Notes: a model not told the origin generated them from the letters alone. Counted from the whole stretch's first letter, positions 11,652 to 23,481 are shown. The stretch: DNA of 63,968 nucleotides, filler included, from Licmophora abbreviata (GCA_900291995.1; 12 parts of 12 records of this genome joined end to end with filler, not necessarily neighbours in it), one strand, 5' to 3'. Numbers and translations: made by a program.

Positions 11652-12750
11652 ATGAAGATCAGCGCTCTCGTGATCGCCTTGGGAGCTTCAGTGCTTACCA
11701 GCGTGCCTTCGGTTGTCATTGGACAAGAAACAAACGCCATTCAGAGCAGAGACTTTGATGAAGAAATGCTCGACATTCCCGAGACGCAGGATCGTCGTGG
11801 TCTTTTCAGCTTCTGGGGAGTGGTTCTTATGAGTGAGTACAATGTAGAGCGATCGGTTTTCCCTAGTTTGTGGCTGTTCGTACGGCCATTCCAGAGCGGC
11901 CGATGGATCCCCATGGCGTCGATCGTGCAGGCATCGCTCCGCCCTTTTTCTATGCTTCATGCGTTAGAGACGTTACGTCACCTATGTGTAAACCTCCGTT
12001 GTGGTCTATATGACACTTCATTACTTATGAAAGCATCCGAGCGAGCGCATCTACTCTTGAAATTCTGAAACTCGTCCGGTCGGTCGTTTATCGAAAATTC
12101 CCTTCTCACCGTCACTCTACTTTTCTTGCGCTTTTTGTAGTGATTCATCCTAATGAATGCCCCGACTACTTTACAGAAGAGGAATTCGCAGCATGTAAAT
12201 CTTGCGTTCACAAATGTCCTCCGATTGCAAAACCGCATCACGACTGTGTCTCTGAGTGCATTTATGGTATCTCTGCAGATGGTTCTGATACCAGCACAAG
12301 TGTAAATGCCGCCGATGCTAGCTACGTGAACTACGAAGATGTGACAGGACGCGACACCGCCACATCGGGCGTAGCAACGTCCTCGAGAAGCTTTAGCTGG
12401 CTAATGCTGGCTGTCGCCGGTGCTGCCGCAACGGTAGGTTCTGATGCGCTCGGGGCGGATCTATGTGCTTTAATCCACCAGAAAGTGAATCTCACAGCGT
12501 TGTTGAATCTTTGATGTGCTTTGTTCTGTTTTTACAGGCCGCCATGGTAGCCGCCATTATCGGACAGCGTCGAGAACGCTCCGATCGCCATCCCATGGCA
12601 GGCGTCATCAGACGTCGCGTGAATCAGTTCAGCTGCTTTGCGGATAGTGCTGTATGTGCGTCGACGGATCGACCGGAGCGCGTCGTGGAGATGACCATGT
12701 CAAATGAGGATATGGATTATAAGCTTCAGAGCGGGCAGACCGTTGTGTAA
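11652..12750 (+). CDS. SAP-like type-I membrane protein C (exons 11652-11832, 12141-12433, 12538-12750)
   Basis: Signal peptide MKISALVIALGASVLTSVPSVVIG, RGL motif, Cys/His/Pro mini-domain, S/T/D-rich linker, TM WLMLAVAGAAATAAMVAAIIG, tail HPMAGVIRRRVNQF...DMDYKLQ. Introns are GT-AG and in phase. Confidence 0.8.
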
Positions 12751-13022
12751 GGCACGAGGCCGAGTCTGGCGGAATGCCGTAGTACCGCAGTGGAATAGGA
12801 AAGGGTAGAAGCCCCCCTTGTTTGTAAAAATCACAAGTTATGACCAGCGTAAGACTTGCATACGTTGTGGCAGACTTGGACTGTGACTTCGAAATAGTGA
12901 AGCACGATCGCACGTAGTTGCGATCGTGCTTCGCGATAGACGAGGTGGGAGTATCATGATGGGAGAGTAAAGTTACAGTATCGGACATATAAGAACCTAT
13001 GTCCTGTAGCAATACAACTTCT

Positions 13023-14735
13023 TCATGCGGAAAGTAGAGCAGCAATCTTCTCATTGCCGGAGCGCTGGGCGATGTCATGCGGCGTCTGGTTATCTTTATC
13101 GACAAGGTTGGCAGAGGGAAAAACCTCAGACAAGAGCCACCGACAAGTTTCGTGGTGTCCGGCCGCAACTGCCACATGCAAACACGACCTGTCACTGCTG
13201 TCACGGGCCAATGAGACCGAAGCGGATCGAGACAAAGAAAGATCTCGAAGACCTTGCGTGTTTCCCGAAGCGGCGTATTCAATTGCTCTCCTGTGAATTG
13301 CTTCGTTTTGCTTGGGTTTCGAGCCGTCTGCCGACGTTTCCTCAAGGCCGATACCTAGCTGACAAATAACCTGAAGCACAGAGGAGTCCATGTCATTGTC
13401 TATATTGGCACCAATTTGTCGTTCTCGTAGCGCCATAAGCAGGTCCGGAACGGAATCTGGGCGCACACCCGCGAAATCGTAGCTATTCGCTACGCCAGTC
13501 GACGAATGTAGCATTCTCGCAGCTTCCCTGGACGCCAGCACCTTTGGGGACGTTCGCTGAGTCATTTCTCTCATAAAACCTCTTACTGCTGCATCCGCAT
13601 TTGCTCGCTCTAACCACGATGCCAAGAGCGGTCCGTCCATGAATGCTTGATTGGCTCCTTGTCCCTTGAAACAACTCATGGGATGCGCAGCATCGCCAAG
13701 AACCACTACACAGCGAGACAAGGTTGGGTTCTGGTGTTGTAATAAGTGTTTCGGATCTCTATCCATCAGTGGAGTCCCCCAGATGGTCTCCTCGGGGGTA
13801 GCTCGAATCATGTCCATCACGGGCGCATGCCAAGAATGACATCGACGCAAGACTTCCTCGCGAAGACACTCGCCTCCGGCTGCCGCCAATAGTTTCGCTT
13901 CTTCCAAGTCGTCGAATCGATACGACAGCTGCCACATGACGCGCCGTTGCTGTTTTGTACCATCCAGTCTACTGCCTTGGTATGGCATGGTAAAGAGACG
14001 ATGCGTTCCGTCCAGCGTATAGAACCCCCTTTCATCGGTTAGAGGGTGCAAGAAGTCGGCAATGCCCAAAATGAGAAAAACGTTCATGTACTGCAGCTCT
14101 GCAGTATCATCAGCGTCGTTATCACTCTTGGATATAAGTGTCTTAACAACGGAGCTTCGAATACCATCGGCAGCCACGAGCAGGTCCACATGTCGGAGAG
14201 TTGACCCGTCGTCAAAGTGTAGCGTAATTTTCGGTTGTTCTTCGTCCTCGTCCCGCGAAAAGGTCACCAATCGCTTGTCATATTGTATTCTAGTCTCTGA
14301 ACTTTCCAATCGATCCTGCAATATGCCAAGCAGCACACTCCTTGGTACACGAAGATTCCCCCTCTGGCCCTTTCCTCGGTGCGGCACAAACGCATTACCA
14401 TAGTAGCCCATGACTCTTCCGTCCGTATCAAAGACATAGTGCGAACGACTCGGACAGTCACATGCTGCCACCTGTTCTAATATTCCCATGTGTGCCAGGG
14501 GACCTTTGGGGTTGTATGCGAGCGTCATGCCGTAGCCTTTCCGGGGGGTATCACGAGGGTCGCGCTCAAAAATGGACACATTGTGAAACCCCGCTTGGTG
14601 GAGACAAATGGCGGCCCCGAGGCCTCCCAGGCCTCCCCCTATGACAGCGATTTTCGCATCCTTTCCCAAGCGCTCCTTCTTCCGTCTTTTGGGAGTAGAG
14701 CGTTTGTTCATGGTGGCCGCCGCTGTCGTCGCCAT
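13023..14735 (-). CDS. FAD-dependent monooxygenase (FAD_binding_3 type) with C-terminal ankyrin repeats
   Basis: IGGGLGGL, LVAADGIRS and LGDAAHPMSCFKGQGANQA motifs. C-terminal SCLHVAVAAGHHETCRWLL and QTPHDIA. Confidence 0.85.
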   Translation of the reverse strand: MATTAAATMNKRSTPKRRKKERLGKDAKIAVIGGGLGGLGAAICLHQAGFHNVSIFERDPRDTPRKGYGMTLAYNPKGPLAHMGILEQVAACDCPSRSHYVFDTDGRVMGYYGNAFVPHRGKGQRGNLRVPRSVLLGILQDRLESSETRIQYDKRLVTFSRDEDEEQPKITLHFDDGSTLRHVDLLVAADGIRSSVVKTLISKSDNDADDTAELQYMNVFLILGIADFLHPLTDERGFYTLDGTHRLFTMPYQGSRLDGTKQQRRVMWQLSYRFDDLEEAKLLAAAGGECLREEVLRRCHSWHAPVMDMIRATPEETIWGTPLMDRDPKHLLQHQNPTLSRCVVVLGDAAHPMSCFKGQGANQAFMDGPLLASWLERANADAAVRGFMREMTQRTSPKVLASREAARMLHSSTGVANSYDFAGVRPDSVPDLLMALRERQIGANIDNDMDSSVLQVICQLGIGLEETSADGSKPKQNEAIHRRAIEYAASGNTQGLRDLSLSRSASVSLARDSSDRSCLHVAVAAGHHETCRWLLSEVFPSANLVDKDNQTPHDIAQRSGNEKIAALLSA

Positions 14736-15101
14736 GGTCCAGTCGGATGTTGTTATATGATTTCGTGTTTTTGCGCGAAGGTCTGTCCGTCAGATATGAG
14801 GCGTCCGCGCGTCCACTCAATTTTGGAAAAATGGGTCTGGCCTCGCAAGATCGCGTAGACATTAGTACTGATGGTACGGGGTAAAGGTGGTACGTTGACC
14901 AAAATTCAAAGCATTTCGCGATCTTTCGTTCGAAACGCACGACAAAAAAGCACAGCCAACAATAAAAGAGCTGTGCAGCGTATCACAGAACGACGACAAT
15001 CATACTCGCTGTGTTGTCGGTCCTTCTCTTGCTCTGACATCGCCTCGTTGATCGAAACTTTGAAATATCCTCGCTTGTTGCTTGTTTTATCCTCATCAAC
15101 C

Positions 15102-16001
15102 ATGTCTTCCAATTTGAGCGAAGTTCAGAATGCCTCGGTGGGTGCCATGGTCGGTACGATCGAGGTGCTCATGCTGCAGCCCTTCAACTACGCCAAGAAC
15201 ATGGTCCAGCAGCAGCAAGCGCTCTCCATTAATCCGCTCGTCATGTACCGTGGAGTCGGCGCCAACTGCGTTAACATGGGTAGCTGTACCATGATTCAGT
15301 TTGCGGTCGGTGGCAAACTGAAGAATATGGTAGTGGGAGAAGACTCCAACCGCAAGTTGAAACCCCAAGAAGAGATGATGTGCGGTATTGCAGCCGGTAC
15401 CGTCTCTGCAATCGCTGGGAGCCCGTTGGAACTCATCATGATTCAGCAACAACGCAAGGGAAATAGTACTCTCGCTACATTCAATAGTATAGCGTCACCG
15501 TCCAACTTCTTTCGTGGCTTTGCGGGTGCCGCTGTCCGAGAAGCTCTCTGGACATGTGGGTACCTGAGCATTCCCCCGATTGTTAGAAACTACCTCCTGA
15601 CCAACCATTCCGAGACGTTTACTTCTAACGATAAGGCGCGAGTCCCTGCCGCACTGCTCGGAGGACTCTTTGCGTGTTACATGACACATCCCTTCGATAC
15701 AATCAAGGTGAGTAAGCCACTGTGTAATATGTGAGTGAGCGAGTCCAACAGAATAATAGAAGACTTCTCACCTTTATACTTCTCCTCCATTATTCTGCAG
15801 ACTTGCATGCAGGGAGACATTGAACGATCCGTGTATGGATCTTTCACGCAGTCGGCGGCCAAGATCTATGCGGACAGTAACATTCCTGGTTTTTACCGAG
15901 GTGCCACCTACCGCTATGCGCGAATGGCCTGTGCCGTGTTTATCATGGATTCCCTCAAGGAAACTCTCGGGCCGCTGATGTACCCAGCCGCTTTCAAATA
16001 G
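15102..16001 (+). CDS. Mitochondrial carrier (SLC25) family protein (exons 15102-15707, 15801-16001)
   Basis: Three repeats with PFNYAK, PLELIM and PFDTIK, plus YRG/FRG motifs. GT-AG intron at 15708-15800. Confidence 0.88.
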
Positions 16002-16470
16002 CGAGACTGATGATGAGGCAACGCAGAGCGGGGCGACTGATGATGAGTCCAATTTTACGGTATCTACAGGAACATATTTTAATTCTATGGATTACATCAG
16101 TCATCGTGTCGATCCGAAGCATACCGTAGCGTCCTTTACTGTCCCAACTCAAGTCGTCCAATCAGGAAACCGGCATCAAACGGGCGATCAAACTAAACAT
16201 GTTCTCTTGTTGCGTCGTATAGACGGTCGTAATTCCTTGTACATAGTTATCGTAATTGGTGTATTCCAAACAAACCACACATCACGTATCGTTACAAATG
16301 TCCACCTTTTTTTGGGGCATGACCTTGGCAATTCATCATCCATCAACGTGGCGCGGATGACTCGAGAACGATCGGATCAACCCCAGTCAGCAGCATTATC
16401 AATGATGAGCACAAGGGAGGACCTGGGCAGGAATGGAAAGACTTTGCATAGGAATCATGCTTCAATAACA

Positions 16471-18396
16471 ATGCTTTCGCCAATACCAGCTGGGTTCTCG
16501 TCGAGAATTTCGAATACTCTCGCTATGATGGCCATGTTGTGCCTGATGCTCTCACAAATCACCGAAGGCTTTCTCCACATGAGGCTCCCCTTCCGCGGTC
16601 AAAAGAGTTTCGAAACAAAACTCCCTTCCGACATGTATCTTAGTACAAAGGAGGTCAGTGCTCATCGGGCTATCGTGGTCGGAGCAGGACCAGCTGGCTT
16701 GTCGGCCGCTCTTGTTCTGTCCCAGAGACACGGCTACCATGTCACTGTATTAGAATCTGCTTCGGAAGAAGAAGTTTCTTCATATGATCGATCAAGAGCA
16801 TACTTGTACAATGTCAACGCCCGGGGGCAAGTCTTGACGAAACGATTTCCATTCCTACAGGACGGTCTTAAGGAACGCGGTGTTGGGGTATCAAATTTCA
16901 GGCGGCTAACGGTCCCCGGAAACCCCAAGGAGATCTTTTCCACTGAACATTTCTCGCGTCCCATGTCAAAAGAAGAGAAGGAAATGATGGGGGTGCTCTA
17001 TTGGATTCCTCGCCATGAGTTTGTTCGGCTGTATCTAGATGCGGTAGCTGCAGATGAGCGAATCAAAGTGTGCTTTGGCACGGAATTCAGTAGCCTCAAG
17101 CCGGAATTGCACGGAGGCGAGATTGCTGTGACCGCCACCAAAATATCAGATGACTCGACTAGTTCGTATACGGCCAATCTGATTGTGGGAGCCGACGGAG
17201 CCAACTCAAAGGTACGAAGGGTCGTTCGAAAATCGTCTCAGCGTTGTTGCTGCCTCCACTCAGTCTCTTGTCTGCCGTTGTAGGTTCGGGATCTCCTTGC
17301 TGATAAGGCATCACCCTTCTCGACGTGGCGCAATGGCCACCCACGGGGATTTCGTGCAAAAAATTGGAAGTCGCCGTCGGTCGGACTGCGAATTAAGGTG
17401 AGCGGCGTCTGTTCTGTTTGTCCTTACCTCTTGGGGATGTATCAGTCATATCGACCAAGACATTAACTTCTATTTTATTCTTTGAACTTGCAGACTATTC
17501 AATTAAAGCCAAAGTTTTCGATACCTGTCGGGGACGGTACCTCTGTGATGGCTGACAGCTTGACGGCAAGTTATCAGATTCGATCGGTCAATTCAGGAGC
17601 AAGGAATCAAGTGTCGTTGACGCTCTTGCCCGTCCGGAATAGTACAGCCGTTCGTCCTTGTGCCATTTGCACTCTACCCAATCACGAACTCTGGAGTATT
17701 GACAATGGAAAATCAATGAAAGACTGGTTTGCGAAAGCTTTTCCAAGATTCTCGTTCGACGGACAAGAAGGAAGCTTGGTATCAGGGGAGGAGTGGGAGC
17801 GTTTTGCAGCATCTCGAGGAACCAAGTTCCCTCTTTGCCAGTACAGTCCAAGCCTTCATCTGGCATCTGAAAATAATGGTTGTGGAATTGTGCTTATAGG
17901 AGATGCGATTCATTGCTTTCCACCCGACCTAGGCCAGGGTGTCAATGCTGCACTTGGAGACGTTGCGGTGCTCGATGACGTGCTGAAGGGGCACACCACG
18001 CTAGGTGACGCTCTGCGGGAGTACGAGACACAGAGGGGACCAGAGGTGATGGTTGTTCGTCGTTTGATGTTATGAGTGAGTCGTATCTCATACTATGTCT
18101 TTCCCTCTGTCGTATAACAGTGTCGTGCGTTGATTCGCTTGGCACGTCACGGCGCCCCCTACCAGTATCGTCAGTCCTCACCAGCCCTGATTTTCCGGAG
18201 GTATTTATGGACAATGAACATTGGTCTTCGAATGCTTTTACATAAGGCTTCTCGAAGTTTTGTACCGAAACCAGCAGTTCTCCTCATGATGGATCCATGT
18301 CTAAGTTTTCAGACTGTAATGAGAAGGGCCGACACAGTCACGGCAGGGCTTCTCTCCGCTGCAGCGTTATTGGTCTGGAGGGTCTTTCGCAGATGA
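16471..18396 (+). CDS. Plastid-targeted FAD-dependent monooxygenase, kynurenine-3-monooxygenase-like (exons 16471-17211, 17284-17397, 17494-18045, 18121-18396)
   Basis: VVGAGPAGLSAA, IVGADGANS and IGDAIHCFPPDLGQGVNAA motifs. Leader MAMLCLMLSQITEG|F. Three GT-AG phase-0 introns. Start uncertain (16471 or ~16525). Confidence 0.8.
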
Positions 18397-18691
18397 GGGA
18401 TGTGACCAGCGCAGAATATTGCTACTAGATTATGCTACAGAATCAATATCTAGGATGTCTTCATTGGCTCAACGAGCGCAGGTGTAAAACATGGTCCATC
18501 CGATGTGATGGGGCTCCTTCCGTCGACCGTCCGAAATTGAGCAAAGCGCGCGCCCGACACGATGAATGTTTTTATGCTTCGATGCGCACTGACGATGACG
18601 AATGACGAGCGGCGGCGACGAGACTGCAAGAGACGAAAAGGATCAATCACATTCCGTTCTACGTCCCGTACGCCAGTTGTGCCTTAGCCAA

Positions 18692-19737
18692 ATGAAAAAT
18701 CTGGCAGCTCTCGGAAGTGTCGTGCTCATTGGGTCAGTCTCGGCATGGACGCAGCCGACGACCCATGGCGTTCACCGTCATCAATCGGAGACCCGTCTAT
18801 CAGTTGCGACATCGTCGACGTGGTTTGGGCCATCAACCAGCAGCAGTGACGCCGCCACCCTGGACCAAATGAAAGCTCAAATTCTGCAGCTGGGGGCAGC
18901 TCTAGATCGCGGGCAGGCGTACAACCCAACCTCTGGTAGTTATTACAAAGAGACCATGGAGACGGCCAAGGAAAAAGTACTGAATCTTATCCAAGAGTAC
19001 CCTGACAATGTGCCCAAGTCTTTGGAGGACCTAGAAGGAGAGTGGGAACTTGTCCTGACAACAGTACCTCATGGAAACTTTCGATCGAGTCCGTTCTTCC
19101 TTGCTGTCCAGGAAGCTTTCTCGTTTGCCGAAGAGAAAGGTGAGTTGTCTTCGATACTGGCATGGTGTTGGACTTCTTGCCCCTCAACTTTGCCATGCGC
19201 CGACGCAAAAACTACGCTCTATTGTTGTTAGAGGCCTTTGGACAAGATAAAGCCACTCTCTTTTTCAAGCTGCACGAGTTGCAGACGTGCTCGTGGGGAG
19301 TTTCAAAGATTGGTCGCGTCGCGCAACGCATCAACCCCGAACAAAAGTATCTTTACAGCGAATTCGACACAAGCATTTTCTCCTTGACCGTCATTCCAAT
19401 CTTGGGCTGGTTCAAGCTGCTACCAACATTCGGTGGATGTGTCGTAACTGCGTCCAAGTGTGAGTTGAAGGAAGGAGGTAAACTCGAAATGGAAGTCGAT
19501 TATACTACGTCACGACCAGTTCCAGGACTTTCAGGGCTTGGCAAGTGGATCTGGAGTGTAAAAGTACCGGTAGGATCCGTATGGAAACTGCTTCCATGGA
19601 ACAAAGGTAGAAGTCCCTCGTGCAGCGTCGTGGTGAAGTACGTCGACCCTGACTTCAGGATCGTCGAGGATGTTTCCGGCGATCTATTTGTCTATACGCG
19701 GCCTGTGGTTCCTCGGGGTTTAGACCTTGCCGATTAA
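18692..19737 (+). CDS. Plastid lipid-associated protein / fibrillin-like (exons 18692-19139, 19232-19737)
   Basis: Signal peptide ending VSA|W, LEGEWELVLTT, and C-terminal YVDPDFRIV...LFVYTR, typical of PAP/fibrillin. Confidence 0.75.
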
Positions 19738-20192
19738 AGAGTCTCCTTGCTAGGGGGATAGACTTCAGTTCTGACTGGTTACGTTATTCTATGAACAAAG
19801 TCTCTCTTGCGATGGGCGATGAGCGATGGGCTCCAACACCTTGTTCAAAACGATGAGAGCTCGAGCATACCGCGGTAAAAAGAGAGCTCATCCAACTCAA
19901 CGGATGATGATAGTTTGAAGTCTATATAAGGACTATAGCCATTAGAGGAGTATAACATGTACTCTGAATAGTTGACAGAACCCATTCTCGCTCAACGGCT
20001 GACTAAGGATGACTTTTCACACGACCATGCACACGGCGTGTGGCGCCAAACCTCGCACGAACGCTCAAACCCGAAAGAATTGAGAACGTGTGAGGTCACT
20101 CATTGGCATTCATTCGAGCCCGGTTGCCACGATTGCATCCTAGATTCCTCTCTTCCCGTTCAGCACCATCCAAGGACCTTCTATATTCGAAC

Positions 20193-21823
20193 ATGTTAGG
20201 GAGAAGCAGCAGGAAAAATCGGCAGGGTCAGCAGCTGTCTCCCGACGCAGGCAGCATCCATGGAACGGGCTCCCTGATTGGTGGATCGGGTGTTTCGCTC
20301 GACGGGCAAAGTCTCCAGCTTCCCGAGTACACTGATTATGGCGATGAAGTTTCTTCTATCGCCACCTCAAACTATGGCGGACAATACGGATCTTCTCTTC
20401 ATATTGTCGGATCCGCCAACAACTTCGACGACGATACGGACATGGAAGACAATCCGTTTGGAGACGAGAAAACCCCTGCTACTGCTATCATGGGGGCGGT
20501 ACCCGCTGGGACGCCCACCAAAAGTCCCCCATCGGAGGAGAGTGGGGATGACTCAAGAAAAGCGGCTGCTGGTGCTGGTGGTTGTTTTCCGGGGTGGCTC
20601 ACTGGAGCTCCCAATTGGCTGAAAGGCGTGATGATCTTGAGTTTGTTGTTGCTGGTTGCTGCTGCGGCCCTTCTCGCCGTGGGAGCTGCAACCTCAGATG
20701 ACGGCGGCGGCGATTCGTCTAGAGCAAATGATGGAGTCAACCCGCCGTCACCGATCCCTTCGATCGCTCCGGTGACCGGAGCGACTGGAGCTCCTTCCCT
20801 CGCCCCAGTGACTGCAGCGACTGGAGCTCCATCCCTCGCCCCAGTGACCGAGGCTCCATCCATCATGCCGTTTCCCGGCCAAACTGAGTTTCCAACCAGC
20901 GAGCCGTCCACTTCCGAGCCCACGGCGGAGCCCCTCACATCTGAGCCCTCACTGGCTCCCACGACGATGGAGCCGACTGCATTGCCTTCTGCCGCACCAA
21001 CGGATGTGCCCACTAGCGGGCCAGATACGTCCGTAACGTTTTATGCCACGGCTTGGCGCTTTCAGGGTGCTGCCTTGGCGCAAGTAGAAGACGGTCTTCC
21101 GCTCCTCCCCAGAGCTAACAATGAGTTCATGGTCCACTTGGGAGATTGGAACAGCCCGTCGATTACAAGCTGTGACCAGGATTCGTATGTCGCGGTGGCT
21201 GAATTGTATGAGCCTGGACCGCCCACGTTCTTTGTAGTGGGCGACAATGAATACAACGACTGTCCTAACCCCGTGAACGCCCTTGAGCTATGGGAAGAGT
21301 ATTTGGTGGGCTATGAAAACAGCAATGATGTGCCCTTGGCGTTCCCTGTGACGCGGCAAACGCCGAACTACTCGGAAAACTTTGCCTTCGTTTACCAGCA
21401 GGTACTATTTGTTGGAATCAACTTGGTGGGTGGCGACTTCCACGACGCCGCTGAGTGGAGAGCACGTCATTCCGCCAATCTGCAGTGGATCGACGAAAAT
21501 TACAACGAAAACGACGGGGACATTGGCGCGCTCGTGATTTTCGCGCATGCGGGTCCCACCCTGCAAGCAAACGCTCCGTTCTATGACGGTCTTGTCGATT
21601 TTGTTTCTGGTATCGATTACCAACTATTGTGGTGAACCGAAACTTGGTGTTGGAGGAGTGGGGCTCTCAGGAGAACTTTCGTGGTGTCCCTGGCTTCACT
21701 GTCTTGACTGTAGAGGGAGCCTTGTGGCCACCGATGCGAGTGGAGTTAAATGTTGCCACAGGAGAATTCTTGTTCAACCAAGACACATGGCTGGAAGATG
21801 CCCTTGCCGACGGGCAGGTGTGA
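20193..21823 (+). CDS. Type-II membrane protein with Pro/Thr stalk and a calcineurin-like metallophosphoesterase-type domain (1-nt frameshift at ~21605)
   Basis: Single TM GVMILSLLLLVAAAALLAVGA, APSLAPVT repeats, and FMVHLGDWN, VVGDNEYNDC, LFVGINLVGG and VIFAHA blocks. C-terminus continues in the -1 frame (RLPTIVVNRN...GQV). Confidence 0.7.
20755..20860 (+). repeat. Coding 36-bp tandem repeat (APSLAPVTxATG, about 3 copies)
   Basis: PSIAPVTGATGAPSLAPVTAATGAPSLAPVTEAPS. Confidence 0.8.
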
Positions 21824-22407
21824 GCCGGGCGTGAGTGTATTGGCTCAACGGAGCTAGATTCTTATAGATCTAATAGGTCTCGCGTGGTGTTATTATCAAA
21901 CGATTGCGGATTAAAATGAGGATTCCTATATATAATATAAATAGTCGACGTCTTTTTGCTTTAATTTGAGAGGGGGGCGCGTTCCACTAGGCTAGTTGTA
22001 TGCTTGTCGTCACCCAAGGGGTTCTGTTTGTCCCAGCTTGGCGGCATGTCGTTGGAAACTGTTAACATGCGGTCAGTTCTCGTGCAAGGTCAAGGGCGAG
22101 TTCAACTTGAACTATCTACGTAGAACCCAGTAGGATTCCTACTAAGATCTCCCAGAGTTCGTGAGCAAGACAGTCCATCAAGAAATTCTGGACCCGCCTG
22201 TAGATTTCAGTACCCGAGGCAACGTGGCAGTGGAATGTTCGTTGCCAGGCTGGTGGCTGTGGTGGAGAGCTAGCCGATTTTGATGCCCTCGCCCAGCGGC
22301 TACGACGATCGTGTCAAACAAGAGGATGCAGGTCACTGGCCACATGGTGAAGTAAAAACGCCAGACTTTCAGTACTCCGCATCCTTTGCACACCATCTAA
22401 CGACACC

Positions 22408-23481
22408 ATGGTGGCTCCGTATCCAGCAGAAGCTGGTCTCCGCCGCAGAGCGGCTCGACTGGAGGCACAAGGCCAAATCTTTCCCCCGCCTGTGGCCGCA
22501 GGAGACCAGAACACCCCCGAGGCTGGCCCTACTCGTGCTCCGCAGCAGCGTCGTGTCCTACTGGAGCCACTGGATCAGCCTCGTGCATTGCGTCCCCGTG
22601 TGTCGAGAGTGTACTGCTTAATTTCGGCCGTCCTGGCGGTCCTAGCGATCGTCCTTTCGCCGGCGTCGTCTCAAGCGGCGCTACGTGACTCATCGGACCG
22701 GGCTGCACATGGGAACATGGACAAGACGTCGCTTGACTATCACGAACACCAGCATGGATCCAAGCATCAGGATTCGCTTCATGCGGCTGTCGGGGATGCT
22801 CAGGAAGAAGGGTTCTTCTTTTCGAAATTGCACCAGATATTCTCAATCCAGGACACCGAACTGGCTCCGTTGCTCGACGACGCATCGAGGCAATCCCGTG
22901 CGAACGTTCCCTTTTGGAAACGATGGATTCCCGTGAAGCCGGAGTCTCACGACTCTGCATCAGAAGTCAGTGAAGGCGGACGGAATCGTATTTACACTTG
23001 GCGTTTACACCTCTGGAGGAGCCAGTATCCTCTCGTCATGGTCATTCGGTCGTGGGTTGACCCGGCTCTGCTCTCGCCGCAGGCGTCGACTCCGACTGAC
23101 ATTATCGACAAGATCCTTACCAGTACGCCTCGGTTGCTGGCCATTGCGAATTTACTATTGAGCATGACGTACTTGCTCCACACGGCAGTCGCCGACTTGT
23201 TTTTGGGAAGTGGTAGGGACCGCGCGGCTGACGAAACCCGATGGGCGGGACGTGAACGTCTAGGTGGATTTCTCGTGTTCAAGCTGCTCTTGATTTCGGC
23301 TGTCGTGGCCCCTGATACGCTCGATCTGCTGATTCTGCTTAGCTGGTACACCCTCTTATCGTTCTTGCGGTCGCTCACGCACTTGTGTGCTGCGACTACA
23401 GCGCACACCTCACAAAGTGGACAGGCCCCGCGAAATGGCGTCTTCCGATTGTTGCTGGTGGTACTGGTGTGTGACGCTTTT
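22408..23481 (+). CDS. Multi-pass membrane protein resembling the N-terminus of AMFR/gp78/HRD1-type ERAD E3 ligases; 3' end lost in gap
   Basis: ERLGGFLVFKLLLISAVV...LLSWYTLLSFLRSLTHLC resembles the gp78/RIN2 TM region. No RING domain is visible before the gap. Confidence 0.55.

Noticed and set aside
12629..13345. 238-aa minus-strand ORF overlapping the monooxygenase end and gene C
   Set aside because: No motifs, it overlaps two better-supported genes, and its start is non-ATG.
16005..16050. gactgatgatgag repeated twice, resembling a hammerhead CUGAUGA core or C/D-box
   Set aside because: No properly placed GAAA with stem II and no terminal stem visible. Probably a 3' UTR duplication.
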